DNA of 64,000 nucleotides from an uncultured delta proteobacterium (GTDB lineage Bacteria; Desulfobacterota; Syntrophia; Syntrophales; UBA2192). The position numbers were made by a program, and so were the translations under genes. The notes beneath the pieces were generated by a model. It was not told where the DNA came from. It ran no database searches and was given only the letters and a program-made list of their open reading frames with translations. Positions 10,641 through 20,540 of the stretch are shown one piece after another. Positions within the stretch are counted from its first letter, which is position 1; every line of letters starts with the position of its first letter. Location: assembly GCA_963705165.1 (NCBI GenBank), contig CAVPJD010000026.1, positions 33,862-97,861 of the forward strand, read 5' to 3'.

Positions 10641-11975
10641 TCAAACCCTGCCTTCGCACTCGGCGGTTGCGGCCGGGTCCGGGTACTGGAAGGTGCGCCC
10701 CTGGTAATTCCGGAGTAAAATGTGGTGTTCATCATGACCGACGACATACCCGGGCAGAAGCGGGATCTTCCCGCCGCCTCCCGGTGCGTCGATGACGTAG
10801 GTCGGCACGGCATATCCCGTCGTGTGTCCCCGCAGGCCCTCGATGATCTCCAGCCCCCTCGAAACGGGCGTCCGGAAATGGGACGAGCCGGTGATCGGGT
10901 CGCACTGGTAGAGGTAGTAGGGCTTCACACGATTCATGACGAGGTCGTGGACCAACCGTTTCATCGTGTCGACGTTGTCGTTGACTCCGGCAAGCAGCAC
11001 CGTCTGGCTCCCGAGCGGGATGCCGGCATCGGCCAGTCGGTTGCAGGCCTGGCTCACCTCGAAGGTCAGTTCCTCGGGATGGGCGAAGTGGATGCTCATC
11101 CAGAGCGGATGGTGACGCTTCAGGACGTGGCAGAGGCTTGCGGTGACCCTCTGCGGAAGCACGACGGGAACCTTCGTCCCGATGCGGATCAGTTCGACGT
11201 GCGGGATGGCCCGGAGCCGCGACAACAGCCAATCCAGCGTTTCGTCGGGAAGGGTCAGCGGGTCTCCCCCGGAGAGCAGGATGTCACGCACCGCCGGTGT
11301 GTTCTCGATGTAGGCAATCGCGCGCTCCCATCTCTCGCGGTCCGCATGAATCTCTTCGTGTCTGCCGACCATGCGCGAGCGGGTGCAGTAACGGCAGTGG
11401 GTGGAGCAAAACCCCGTGACGAGAAAGAGAACCCTGTCGGGATAGCGGTGAACAAGGCCCGGCACAGGGGTATTATGGTCCTCTCCGAGAGGATCGTCCG
11501 ATTCCTCCCGGGAGCTCTCAAACTCCGCCGTCACCGGAACCACCATCCTTCTCAAGGGCTGATCGGCATCCATGGGATCCAGCAGGCTCGCATAGTAGGG
11601 TGTGATGTTGAGCGGCATGGCTCCCCCCCTCGCGTGGATGGCCATTTCCTCGTCGGCCGAGAGCCAGAGGATTCGCGAGAGCAGCTCGACGCCGGTGATC
11701 CGGTTGCGGACCTGCCAGCGCCAGTCGTTCCACTCCGCCGCAGTGGCCTCGGGGAAAAACTGTTTGCGGAATGCCTGGGAGCGGGGACTCGGCTTGCAGG
11801 TGGAAGCCCCCCGGGAGGGCATGAAGAAAACGCGACTGGTGATCCCGGCCGCGGCAGGCGCCACGGGGGAAGAGGGGAGAGTGTTTTGAATTAGCTCATC
11901 CAGAGCTAAACCGGTCATGCCGGCGTGCTGACCTGGAGGCTCCGCCTCCTGGCTCAGACAGACGTTTTCTTCCAT
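10641..11975 (-). CDS. KamA-family radical SAM aminomutase (lysine 2,3-aminomutase-like)
   Basis: WNDWRWQ, HRYPDRVL, CSTHCRYC, SGGDPL, DAPGGGGK PLP-lysine motif; ATG at 11975 follows AGGAGG. Confidence 0.92.
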   Translation of the reverse strand: MEENVCLSQEAEPPGQHAGMTGLALDELIQNTLPSSPVAPAAAGITSRVFFMPSRGASTCKPSPRSQAFRKQFFPEATAAEWNDWRWQVRNRITGVELLSRILWLSADEEMAIHARGGAMPLNITPYYASLLDPMDADQPLRRMVVPVTAEFESSREESDDPLGEDHNTPVPGLVHRYPDRVLFLVTGFCSTHCRYCTRSRMVGRHEEIHADRERWERAIAYIENTPAVRDILLSGGDPLTLPDETLDWLLSRLRAIPHVELIRIGTKVPVVLPQRVTASLCHVLKRHHPLWMSIHFAHPEELTFEVSQACNRLADAGIPLGSQTVLLAGVNDNVDTMKRLVHDLVMNRVKPYYLYQCDPITGSSHFRTPVSRGLEIIEGLRGHTTGYAVPTYVIDAPGGGGKIPLLPGYVVGHDEHHILLRNYQGRTFQYPDPAATAECEGRV

Positions 11976-12221
11976 CCGTTGTCCTCCTGACGTACGTTCT
12001 TGACGATGAACTGTTCTCTGTCGCGCTTTCAATAGAGTTCCCGTAGCCTGAGTCGCGTTACCACTATTTCATCGCCGAGCTGGCTGAAAAACGGCCTCCA
12101 TAAAGAAGTTTCACTTGTTTCCTTTGTAAGCGAGAAATATTTTTTGTCAAGCGTTTTCTGCAATTTTTGTGCACTTTTTGAAATATTTTTTCGATGGAAT
12201 TACGCGTACATCAATCGGCTG

Positions 12222-12237
12222 TGCAAGATGCTTGCCA
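12222..12237 (-). promoter_or_regulatory. putative sigma54 (-24/-12) promoter facing kamA-like gene
   Basis: minus strand reads TGGCAAGCATCTTGCA, matching TGGCA-N6-TTGCA. Confidence 0.5.
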
Positions 12238-12447
12238 CGACGCGGTTTCAAGGCACCCCCCTCAGGGATCGGTTATTTTTTCTGACGATTCACGATACAA
12301 TGCCGTGAAACTCTTTACTGACGCATGTTTCAAGGAACACATATTTACATGCTCCTTCCGGCCCGATCGGGGCAACGGACTTGCCTTTTCGGCCTTCATC
12401 ATATAAATTAGCGAAGAAAATTTGACACCCGAGGGAAAACGTTCCCC

Positions 12448-12663
12448 ATGATCGTCACGGACAGCAAAGAATTCTGCCAGGTCTGCAAGACAAAGCGTTC
12501 CATTGTACTCTGCGACGGCTGCTCCATTCATCTCTGCGGCGACTGTCGCCGCTGGGACCTCTGGGGCTATGGGTGCGGGCACGTCGACACCAAGGCCTTC
12601 TGCGCGAGCTGCTACGAGAATCCGACCGTGAACCCTTACGGAGGAAACCACGGGGAGTCATGA
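12448..12663 (+). CDS. small Cys-rich (B-box-like zinc-binding) protein
   Basis: 71 aa with four CxxC pairs plus a CxH; GAGGG RBS; ATGA overlap with next gene. Confidence 0.75.
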   Translation: MIVTDSKEFCQVCKTKRSIVLCDGCSIHLCGDCRRWDLWGYGCGHVDTKAFCASCYENPTVNPYGGNHGES

Positions 12664-13535
12664 AGTACGAAGGAGACATCATCCGGCCTCCCAGCGAGGC
12701 AACCAGCCTGCTGCTGCAAGTCGCCGTCGGCTGCTCGCACAACCGGTGCACATTCTGCCCGAGCTTCAAGGCCAAGCGTTTCCGCATCAAGAGCCTCGAG
12801 GAGATCGAAGAAGATCTGGAATATGCATCCCGGAGGATCCGTCAGGTCGACAAGCTTTTCCTCTGCGACGGTGACGCCCTCATCATCCCGCAAAAGCGAC
12901 TCATCGATATCTTCGATGCCATCCGGAAGCACCTGCCCGGAATCCGCCGCATCGGGACCTACGCCAACGCGAAGAGCCTCCTGAAAAAGTCCGTCGAGGA
13001 GCTTCGCGAACTGAAGGAACGGGGACTCGGCATCGTCTACCTGGGGATCGAGACGGGCAACGCGGAGCTGCTGCAGAAAATCCGCAAGGGCGCCACCTGC
13101 GAGCAGATCGTAGAAGCAGCGAAACGGGTAAAGGAAGCGGGGATCACGCTTTCCGTAACGGTGCTTCTCGGCATCGGCGGTGTCGAGAAGAGTATGGAGC
13201 ACGCCCGGGACACAGCCCGCATTCTCACGGACGTGGACCCTGATTTCGCCGGTGTCCTGACCGTCATGATCGCCCCGGACACACCCCTCTACGAAGAAGC
13301 ACGGGCCGGGACCTTCGTGCTGCCGGGAACCTTCGATCTTCTGAACGAGCTGGGCGTCATCGTATCAAACTCGCGTTTCAGCAACTGCTTCTTCACCGCC
13401 AATCACGCCTCCAACTACTTGTCCATCCGCGGCCGGATGCCCCGGGATCAAGAGAAGATGGTCCGCCTCATCGACGAGGTCGTCCGGCGCGGCGATGCAT
13501 CGATGCTGAGACCCGAATCCATGCGGGGCCTTTGA
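12660..13535 (+). CDS. radical SAM protein (short 'RPPSEA' type)
   Basis: IRPPSEA N-terminus, GCSHNRCTFC cluster motif, FLCDGDAL, YLGIETG, ANHASNY. Confidence 0.9.
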   Translation: MKYEGDIIRPPSEATSLLLQVAVGCSHNRCTFCPSFKAKRFRIKSLEEIEEDLEYASRRIRQVDKLFLCDGDALIIPQKRLIDIFDAIRKHLPGIRRIGTYANAKSLLKKSVEELRELKERGLGIVYLGIETGNAELLQKIRKGATCEQIVEAAKRVKEAGITLSVTVLLGIGGVEKSMEHARDTARILTDVDPDFAGVLTVMIAPDTPLYEEARAGTFVLPGTFDLLNELGVIVSNSRFSNCFFTANHASNYLSIRGRMPRDQEKMVRLIDEVVRRGDASMLRPESMRGL

Positions 13536-14393
13536 ATGAGACGTCCCACGATGTTCAGCCATGCCGTGGAGCGCCTGAAGTCCTTCTTCGACAGCGGGAA
13601 GGAGCGGAAACAGTCACGCCTCGAGGAGGAGATCCAGTCCATCATCGACGAAGGGGAAGAGAAGGGGCTCATCGACGAGAAATCGGGCGAGATGATCCAG
13701 AGCATCCTGGAATTTCGCGATACGGTGGCCCGGGAGGTGATGATCCCCCGCACGGACATCGTGGCGATCCCGAGCGATGCCCCCATCGGAGAGATCATCG
13801 ACCAGGTCACCCGGCACGGCTACACCCGGTTGCCCGTCTACGACGGCAGCGTGGACAATATCATCGGCGTCCTGAACGTCAAGGACCTGCTGCGCCTCTG
13901 GGCGATGCCCGTCGGTGAGGCGGACCTCAAGCCGCTTCTGCGCAAGCCCTACTTCATCCCCGAGACGAAGAACATCCACCTGCTTCTTCACGAGCTCAAA
14001 GGGGAAAGGCAGCACATGGCCATCGTCATCGACGAGTACGGCGGGACGGCTGGCCTCGTGACCCTGGAGGATCTCATTGAGGAGATCGTCGGCGAGATCC
14101 GCGACGAGAACGAAGCCGATGAGACCGGCTTCGCGGAGCTGCCGGACGGTTCGGTGCTCGTGGACAGCCGTGTCGAGATCGAAAAGCTCGAGGCGCGCTT
14201 TGGCATCGCCATCCCGGAAGGAAAATACGAAACCCTGTCGGGTTTCATTCTGCACCTCATCCGCAAAATTCCCCTCACCGGGGATGTCATCCGCCACGGC
14301 GAGCTGGAAATGATCGTCGCCTCGGCAGACGAAAGAAGCATCAAGAAGGTCAAGATACGAAAAATGGGAGAGACGGCGCCATTAATGCTCTAA
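13536..14393 (+). CDS. corC: CBS-pair/CorC-HlyC domain protein
   Basis: REVMIPR, YTRLPVY, VIDEYGGTAGLVTLEDLIEEIVG; directly upstream of lnt. Confidence 0.85.
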   Translation: MRRPTMFSHAVERLKSFFDSGKERKQSRLEEEIQSIIDEGEEKGLIDEKSGEMIQSILEFRDTVAREVMIPRTDIVAIPSDAPIGEIIDQVTRHGYTRLPVYDGSVDNIIGVLNVKDLLRLWAMPVGEADLKPLLRKPYFIPETKNIHLLLHELKGERQHMAIVIDEYGGTAGLVTLEDLIEEIVGEIRDENEADETGFAELPDGSVLVDSRVEIEKLEARFGIAIPEGKYETLSGFILHLIRKIPLTGDVIRHGELEMIVASADERSIKKVKIRKMGETAPLML

Positions 14394-14440
14394 AGACACC
14401 CCCGTTGCGGCTGCAAGCCCCGGGAAGGGTGGGGCGCGGC

Positions 14441-15973
14441 GTGAAAACGGCGAGCCTGGCCGTTCTGTCCGGGATTCTCCTCGTGCTCTCTTTTCCCAAG
14501 TTCGGGCACTGGAGTGTCGCCTGGGTGGCGTTGATCCCGCTGCTGCTTGCATTGAGGCGCATTGCTTTCCCGCAGGCGGTGCTCGCGGGGATTCTCGCCG
14601 GTTTCGTGCAGCACGTGGGGCTTATGTACTGGGTGACCCACGTCGTCGTCCACTACGGCAAGCTGCCCCTTGCGCTGGGCGTCCCCGTGATGATGCTGCT
14701 GGCCCTGTACCTGAGCCTCTACACGGGGCTTTTCGCCGGCGGGGTGGTCTTCTTCCGGAACCGCGGGATCCCGGCCGTTGCGTCCGCCCCTCTGCTCTGG
14801 ACGGTCCTCGAGTATGCCAAGTCGATGCTCCTCACAGGCTTTCCCTGGGAGAACCTGGCCCACTCCCAGTTTCTGAACCTCCCGCTCATCCAGCTGGCGG
14901 ACATCACGGGCAGCTACGGGGTGAGCTTTCTCATCGTCCTGGTCAATGCGGCGATCTGCGCATTCATCGGCACGGACGACGGGGGGCGCAGGAAAGCCGC
15001 GGCCGGCGCCGCGGTCGCGGTGCTGCTCGTTACCCTGGCCGCGGGCTACGGGTTCTGGCGCATCGGGGATGTCACCACCCGTTTCGAAGCGGTTCCACGC
15101 CAGACGGTGGCCCTCATCCAGGGCAACATCGACCAGAGCATCAAGTGGGACCCGACCTTCCAGAAGGAGACCCTGAGGATCTACCGGGAGCTTTCCCTGC
15201 AGGCCGCAAAGGAGAGGCCGCAACTGATCATCTGGCCCGAGACGGCAACCCCCTTCATGTTCCAGAACCGCGATGAGCTCCACGACGCCGTCGTGGACAC
15301 GGCAAAGAGCACCGGCGCCTGGCTGATCTTCGGCTCTCCCAGTTACACGCGCCACGAAGGGGAGCTCCGGTTCCAGAACAGCGTCTTCGTCCTTTCGCCC
15401 GACGGTGAGATCGTCGGCAAGTACAACAAGGTTCATCTGGTTCCCTACGGGGAATACGTACCGCTGAGGCCACTTTTCCCCTTCATCGAAAAGCTGGCCG
15501 TAGGGGTGGGAGACTTTTTGGCCGGGACGAAATTTGACCCGGTAACGGTTGCAGGCAAACCGGTGGGGTTTCTCATTTGCTACGAGGGGATCTTTCCGGA
15601 GATCGGCCGCGCCTGGGGTCGCAGCGATGCGTCGCTCCTCGTGAACGTCACGAATGACGCATGGTTTGGCACAACTTCTGCACCATTCCAGCACCTCTCG
15701 ATGACGGTTTTCAGGGCCGTGGAAAACAGGCTTTACGTGGTGCGGGCTGCCAATACGGGGGTGAGCGCCATCATCGATGCAACGGGGCTGATTACGGCAC
15801 AGACCGAATTGTTCGTGCGAACATTTCTGAAGGGCCCCGTGCAGATCCATCGGGTTCAGACATTCTATACAACATACGGCGATCTTTTCGTCTTTTTATG
15901 CATGATCGCCCTGCTTGTGCTATTCTACAAACCGGGAGGAAGAAGGCCATGGTCGAAGAAATTCAGGAAATGA
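14441..15973 (+). CDS. lnt: apolipoprotein N-acyltransferase
   Basis: GFPW, QGNI, WPETA, YNKVHLVPYGEY, ICYE, NDAWFG, RAANTG. Confidence 0.96.
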   Translation: MKTASLAVLSGILLVLSFPKFGHWSVAWVALIPLLLALRRIAFPQAVLAGILAGFVQHVGLMYWVTHVVVHYGKLPLALGVPVMMLLALYLSLYTGLFAGGVVFFRNRGIPAVASAPLLWTVLEYAKSMLLTGFPWENLAHSQFLNLPLIQLADITGSYGVSFLIVLVNAAICAFIGTDDGGRRKAAAGAAVAVLLVTLAAGYGFWRIGDVTTRFEAVPRQTVALIQGNIDQSIKWDPTFQKETLRIYRELSLQAAKERPQLIIWPETATPFMFQNRDELHDAVVDTAKSTGAWLIFGSPSYTRHEGELRFQNSVFVLSPDGEIVGKYNKVHLVPYGEYVPLRPLFPFIEKLAVGVGDFLAGTKFDPVTVAGKPVGFLICYEGIFPEIGRAWGRSDASLLVNVTNDAWFGTTSAPFQHLSMTVFRAVENRLYVVRAANTGVSAIIDATGLITAQTELFVRTFLKGPVQIHRVQTFYTTYGDLFVFLCMIALLVLFYKPGGRRPWSKKFRK

Positions 15974-17056
15974 TGACGGACATCAAGAAGCGGGTGGAAA
16001 CCCTGCGAGGTTGCCTTTGACATCGGCGGACTGACGCAGCGTCTTGCCGAACTCGAAAAGGAGACGGCCAAGGCGAACCTATGGGACGATCCGGAGCGGG
16101 CAAAGGACGTCCTGAGGGAGAAAAACAAGCTCGAGTCCACCCTCCAGGCCTGGTCAGGGATGGACCGTGAGTTGAAGGACCTGGATGTCCTGTTCGAACT
16201 GGCCCGTGAGGCTCAGGACGAAAAGACCTTCGAAGAGGTCAAGGAAAGTCTCGACCACCTTGCATCGACCGTGCGGGGCGAAGAAATCCGCCGCATGCTG
16301 GGAAGGGAGGAAGACCGGCTCAACGCCATCCTCACCATCCATGCCGGCGCCGGCGGCACGGAAGCCCAGGACTGGGCGGAGATCCTTCTGCGCATGTACC
16401 TGCGATGGGCGGAAAAAAAGAGCTACAGGACACAGATCCTGGACTTCCAGCCCGGTGAAGAGGCCGGGATCAAGAGCACAACCGTCGAAGTGGAAGGGGA
16501 ATACGCCTTCGGTTACGCCAGGGCCGAATCGGGGATTCATCGTCTCGTCCGGATATCGCCCTTCGATGCCGCCGCGAGGCGTCACACCTCCTTTGCGTCG
16601 GTCTTTGTCTATCCCGAGGTCGGGGACGAGATCGTCATCGACGTCGACGAAAAGGACCTGAGGGTCGACACGTATCGTTCATCGGGGAAGGGCGGGCAGC
16701 ACGTGAACAAGACGGACTCGGCTGTCCGGATCACCCACCTGCCCACAGGCATCGTCGTGCAGTGCCAGAACGAGCGCTCCCAGCACAAGAACAAGGCCAT
16801 GGCGATGAAAGTGCTCCGCTCCAGGCTCTACGAGATGAAACTCCAGGAGCAGAGCGCCAAGATGGACGTGCTGCACAAAACGAAAAAGGACATCGCCTGG
16901 GGCAGCCAGATCCGGTCCTACGTGCTCCACCCCTACAAGATGATCAAGGACCACCGGACGAACCTCGAGGTTGGAAATGTCCAGAAGATTCTCGACGGGG
17001 ATCTCGACGAGCTCATCGAGGCCTACCTGATCAGCGCCTCGCAGTCCCCCTCGTGA
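15949..17056 (+). CDS. prfB: peptide chain release factor 2, +1 programmed frameshift at CTT-TGA-C (16015-16021)
   Basis: 23-codon first frame ending GAGGT-TGC-CTT-TGA-C; +1 frame carries SPF and GGQ motifs. Confidence 0.96.
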
Positions 17057-17176
17057 CCGGTGCACCGAAATTTGCATGGGATACGGGCAGACGGGTACGC
17101 CGGGAATTACCCGTTGACAGTTTGAAACAATGCCGATAGAAGCCAGAGTGATCCTGCACCCGGCAAGGCTTCAGCC

Positions 17177-18997
17177 ATGAAAGGAACAATTCGAATGTCG
17201 TCATTAAAGTGGGGCTGCTGTCTACTCGTCCTCCTTTTCCTGTGTGCCTGCTCGACAACGGCGCAGATCAGCTCCGATCCCCAGGGAAAAGTCGGCACGG
17301 CCGATGCCTCCGACAAGCAGGCGGCCAAGAAGAATGTAAAAAACGGCAAGTCAAACGGCTCATCGGCGACGCTCACACGAAACGCCAACGGCAAGACGCC
17401 CGAAAAAGCGCAGGGACTCGGCCCGGGATTCTCCGGCATGGATCCCTCGGGGAAGGCTCCCGAGGATTGCCCGCCCGGAGCGCAACCCGGCGCTCTCGCC
17501 ACGGGGCAGACGGTGAAATCGACGGGAAACAATGGACAGGACAACGGCGACTCCGCGATCGAAGAAGACGTCGATGAGGTCGTGGAGCTCCTCAGGCTGG
17601 CCCAGGCCTACCGGGACAAGGGCGATATGGATAATGCCCTGAAATCCCTGGACAAGGCCTACGGCATCCTGCTGGCCGAGGAGGATGACAACTCCGTCAT
17701 CGTCCGGCAGAAGGACGATCTGCGTCTGATCATCGCCCGGAAAATCCTCGAAATCTATACGGGAAGGCGAACGGCGACGATCGGAAAAGCCAGCGAAATC
17801 CCCCTCAACCTGAACGCCGACGTGGAAAAGGAGATCCGGAGCTTCCAGACGATCGAGAGGACCTTCTTCGAGCGCTCCTACGAGCGGTCCGGCTATTATC
17901 TGCCCTTCATGAAGCAGCAGTTGAGGCAGGCGGGGCTTCCGGAGGAGTTGGCATGGCTCCCCCTCGTGGAAAGCGGCTTCCAGGTCCATGCCCTTTCCAA
18001 GGCGCGGGCTCTCGGACCCTGGCAGTTCATCCCGTCGACGGGCTACAAATACGGACTCAACCGGGATCTCTTCATCGACGAGCGCATGAGCGTGGAGAAA
18101 TCAACGCAGGCCGCCATTGCCTACCTGACGGATCTTCACGGGCTGTTCGGCGACTGGCTCACGGCTCTGGCCGCCTACAACTGCGGGGAAGGGCGGGTCC
18201 TCAAGGTCATCTCGCGCCAGCAGATCAACTACCTCGATCACTTCTGGGATCTCTACCGCCAGCTTCCCAACGAAACGGCCCGTTACGTGCCGCGGTTCCT
18301 GGCCACCCTGCATATCGTGAAGAATCCGAAGAAATACGGAATGAACCTTCCCGAGCCCTATGCAAAGCCGATCGCCTACGAGACGGTCAAGACCCAAAAG
18401 TCCATGAAGCTCTTCGACATCGCCTGCCAGATAGGCATCTCGACGGACACGCTGGTCATGCTCAACCCCGAGCTTCGGCACCAGATGACCCCGGACAGGC
18501 CTTACGAGCTCAAAATCCCCCAGGGGATGGGTCAACAGTACGCGCTCGTCGCAGACCAGATCAAGGAGTCGAGACCGCCGGCTCCGCCGGAGCGCGAGCG
18601 CAAGACCAAGGTTGTCAAATACAAAGTGAAGAGTGGCGACACGCTCGCATCGATTTCGAAGAAATTCGGCGCTTCGTCGAAATCCATTCTCTCCGCCAAC
18701 GGCCTGAAGAGCGAAAGCCAGGTCACGGAAGGAAAGATCCTCAAGATCCCCGTAAAGCAACAGGAGAAGGGAACGCAGGTGGCATCGGGCAAAAAGGGCA
18801 AATCCAAGAAAACAGCCGCCGCAGAGCCGACCGTGATCAAGTACACGGTCAAGAAGGGGGACACCCTGACCCAGATCGCAAAGCGCTACAGTACGACCAC
18901 GGCAGAAATCATGAAATTGAATCATCTCCAGGGGGGACAGCTCAAGAGCGGGCAGGTCCTGAAAATCAAGAACCCGAACGCGGAAACCGGGGGCTGA
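17177..18997 (+). CDS. LysM-containing lytic transglycosylase lipoprotein (MltD-like)
   Basis: lipobox LCAC, LPLVESG, WQF, AAYNCGEG, ETARYVP, C-terminal LysM repeats. Confidence 0.9.
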   Translation: MKGTIRMSSLKWGCCLLVLLFLCACSTTAQISSDPQGKVGTADASDKQAAKKNVKNGKSNGSSATLTRNANGKTPEKAQGLGPGFSGMDPSGKAPEDCPPGAQPGALATGQTVKSTGNNGQDNGDSAIEEDVDEVVELLRLAQAYRDKGDMDNALKSLDKAYGILLAEEDDNSVIVRQKDDLRLIIARKILEIYTGRRTATIGKASEIPLNLNADVEKEIRSFQTIERTFFERSYERSGYYLPFMKQQLRQAGLPEELAWLPLVESGFQVHALSKARALGPWQFIPSTGYKYGLNRDLFIDERMSVEKSTQAAIAYLTDLHGLFGDWLTALAAYNCGEGRVLKVISRQQINYLDHFWDLYRQLPNETARYVPRFLATLHIVKNPKKYGMNLPEPYAKPIAYETVKTQKSMKLFDIACQIGISTDTLVMLNPELRHQMTPDRPYELKIPQGMGQQYALVADQIKESRPPAPPERERKTKVVKYKVKSGDTLASISKKFGASSKSILSANGLKSESQVTEGKILKIPVKQQEKGTQVASGKKGKSKKTAAAEPTVIKYTVKKGDTLTQIAKRYSTTTAEIMKLNHLQGGQLKSGQVLKIKNPNAETGG

Positions 18998-19007
18998 TCC
19001 AAGAGGG

Positions 19008-19514
19008 CTAGAGCCTGAAGTCCAGCCGGTAGCCCCGGATCTCGAAGAAGACGGCTTGCTGTACGGCAGACATGATGCGGGCCCTGGCGATCCCTTTGGG
19101 CCCCTCGTGGTCATACCCTGCAAGATGCAGGATACCGTGAATGATGAGATAGAGGATGGCATCATCGACGGGGATCCCCGCTGTGCGAGCCTCCCTGGCC
19201 GCCGTCTGAGCGGAGACGACCACATCCCCCAGCACTCCCGGGTTGACATCGCCGAAATCCCCCTCCGTGAGTGAAAAGGCAATTACGTTCGTCGGCCGAT
19301 CCCGCCGGAGATAGTCCCTGTTGATCGTTCGGATCCCCTCGTCGTCGACAATCATGAGGCTCAACTCCCGCGGCCCGGTTCCCAGAAGAGCGAGGATTTT
19401 CTTTATATCCCTACGCAGCCCGTTTCGGTCCACTTTCACCAGCTTCTGGTCGCTGGCGATCCGGATCACCCCCGCCTTCTGCATTTTCTTTGTTTTAATC
19501 TTTTTCTTCATCAC
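19008..19514 (-). CDS. ybeY: rRNA maturation endoribonuclease
   Basis: NRDYLRRDRPTNVIAF, HGILHLAGYDH. Confidence 0.93.
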   Translation of the reverse strand: MMKKKIKTKKMQKAGVIRIASDQKLVKVDRNGLRRDIKKILALLGTGPRELSLMIVDDEGIRTINRDYLRRDRPTNVIAFSLTEGDFGDVNPGVLGDVVVSAQTAAREARTAGIPVDDAILYLIIHGILHLAGYDHEGPKGIARARIMSAVQQAVFFEIRGYRLDFRL

Positions 19515-19542
19515 TAGACACTAGTCACAGATCACTAGCCAC
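19511..19542. repeat. degenerate heptamer tandem repeat (TCACTAG-like)
   Basis: tcactag acactag tcacaga tcactag ccac between phoH and ybeY. Confidence 0.7.
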
Positions 19543-19546
19543 ATCT

Positions 19547-20530
19547 TCATTCTTCCCTGCCGTTCGTCTTCTTCCGGCTCAGGTGATTGTAGGCCTTGAT
19601 GATCGCCGAGACGAGGGGGTGCCGCACCACGTCGATTTCGGAGAAATAGACGAATTGGATCCCCTCCGTGCTGCCCAGGATCTGCTCTACCTCCACGAGC
19701 CCGGAGGTCTTGCCGGAGGGAAGGTCGATCTGGGTCACATCGCCCGTGACGACGGCCTTGGCACCCCATCCGAGCCGCGTGACGAACATCTTCATCTGCT
19801 CCGACGTCGTGTTCTGCGCCTCGTCCAGGATAATAAAGGAGTCGTTCAGGGTTCGCCCCCGCATGAAGGCGAGCGGCGCCACCTCGATGATCCCCTTTTC
19901 CATCAGGGCCTGGGCCTTGTCGAATTCCATCATGTCGTAGAGCGCGTCGTAAACGGGCCGCAGGTAGGGGTTTACTTTCTCCACGAGATCGCCTGGAAGA
20001 AAGCCCAGCCGCTCACCGGCCTCGACGGCGGGCCTCGTGAGGACGATTCGGTTCACCCGGCGGTCCATGAGATACGAAACGGCCATGGCCATGGCCAGGT
20101 AGGTCTTCCCCGTTCCCGCCGGTCCGATCCCGAAGACCATGTCGCTCTTCCGGATGGCGTCGATGTATTGCTTCTGGGCGATGCTCTTGGGCGTAATGAC
20201 CCGTTTCTTCGAAGAGATGTAGACCTTGTCGAGGAAGATCTCCTCGAGCCGCACGGAACGATTCTCCGAGAGGATGCGATGGGCAAAACCGATGTCCGTG
20301 GAGTATACGGGAAATCCTTTCTGGATCAAGCGGCAGATCTGCCCGAGGAGATTTTCCACGAGATCGACGGAGTGAGCTTCGCCGGTGAGCGTGATCTTAT
20401 CCCCGCGTGCTGTGATCCGGATCCCCGCCAGCTTTTCGATGAGCCGGAGATTCTTGTCACCGTCCCCGAGAAGGGTTTTGAAGGCGTTTGGGTCGGGGAA
20501 GGTGATTGGTTTGGTGGTCTCGTCCTTCAA
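19547..20530 (-). CDS. phoH: PhoH-family ATPase
   Basis: [32 protein letters not shown]. Confidence 0.93.
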   Translation of the reverse strand: MKDETTKPITFPDPNAFKTLLGDGDKNLRLIEKLAGIRITARGDKITLTGEAHSVDLVENLLGQICRLIQKGFPVYSTDIGFAHRILSENRSVRLEEIFLDKVYISSKKRVITPKSIAQKQYIDAIRKSDMVFGIGPAGTGKTYLAMAMAVSYLMDRRVNRIVLTRPAVEAGERLGFLPGDLVEKVNPYLRPVYDALYDMMEFDKAQALMEKGIIEVAPLAFMRGRTLNDSFIILDEAQNTTSEQMKMFVTRLGWGAKAVVTGDVTQIDLPSGKTSGLVEVEQILGSTEGIQFVYFSEIDVVRHPLVSAIIKAYNHLSRKKTNGREE

Positions 20531-20540
20531 ACCATTGTCC

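Noticed and set aside
11976..12120. Lysine riboswitch or leader peptide upstream of the aminomutase
   Set aside because: No recognisable aptamer, terminator or Lys-rich mini-ORF by eye; a covariance-model search would be needed to exclude it fully.
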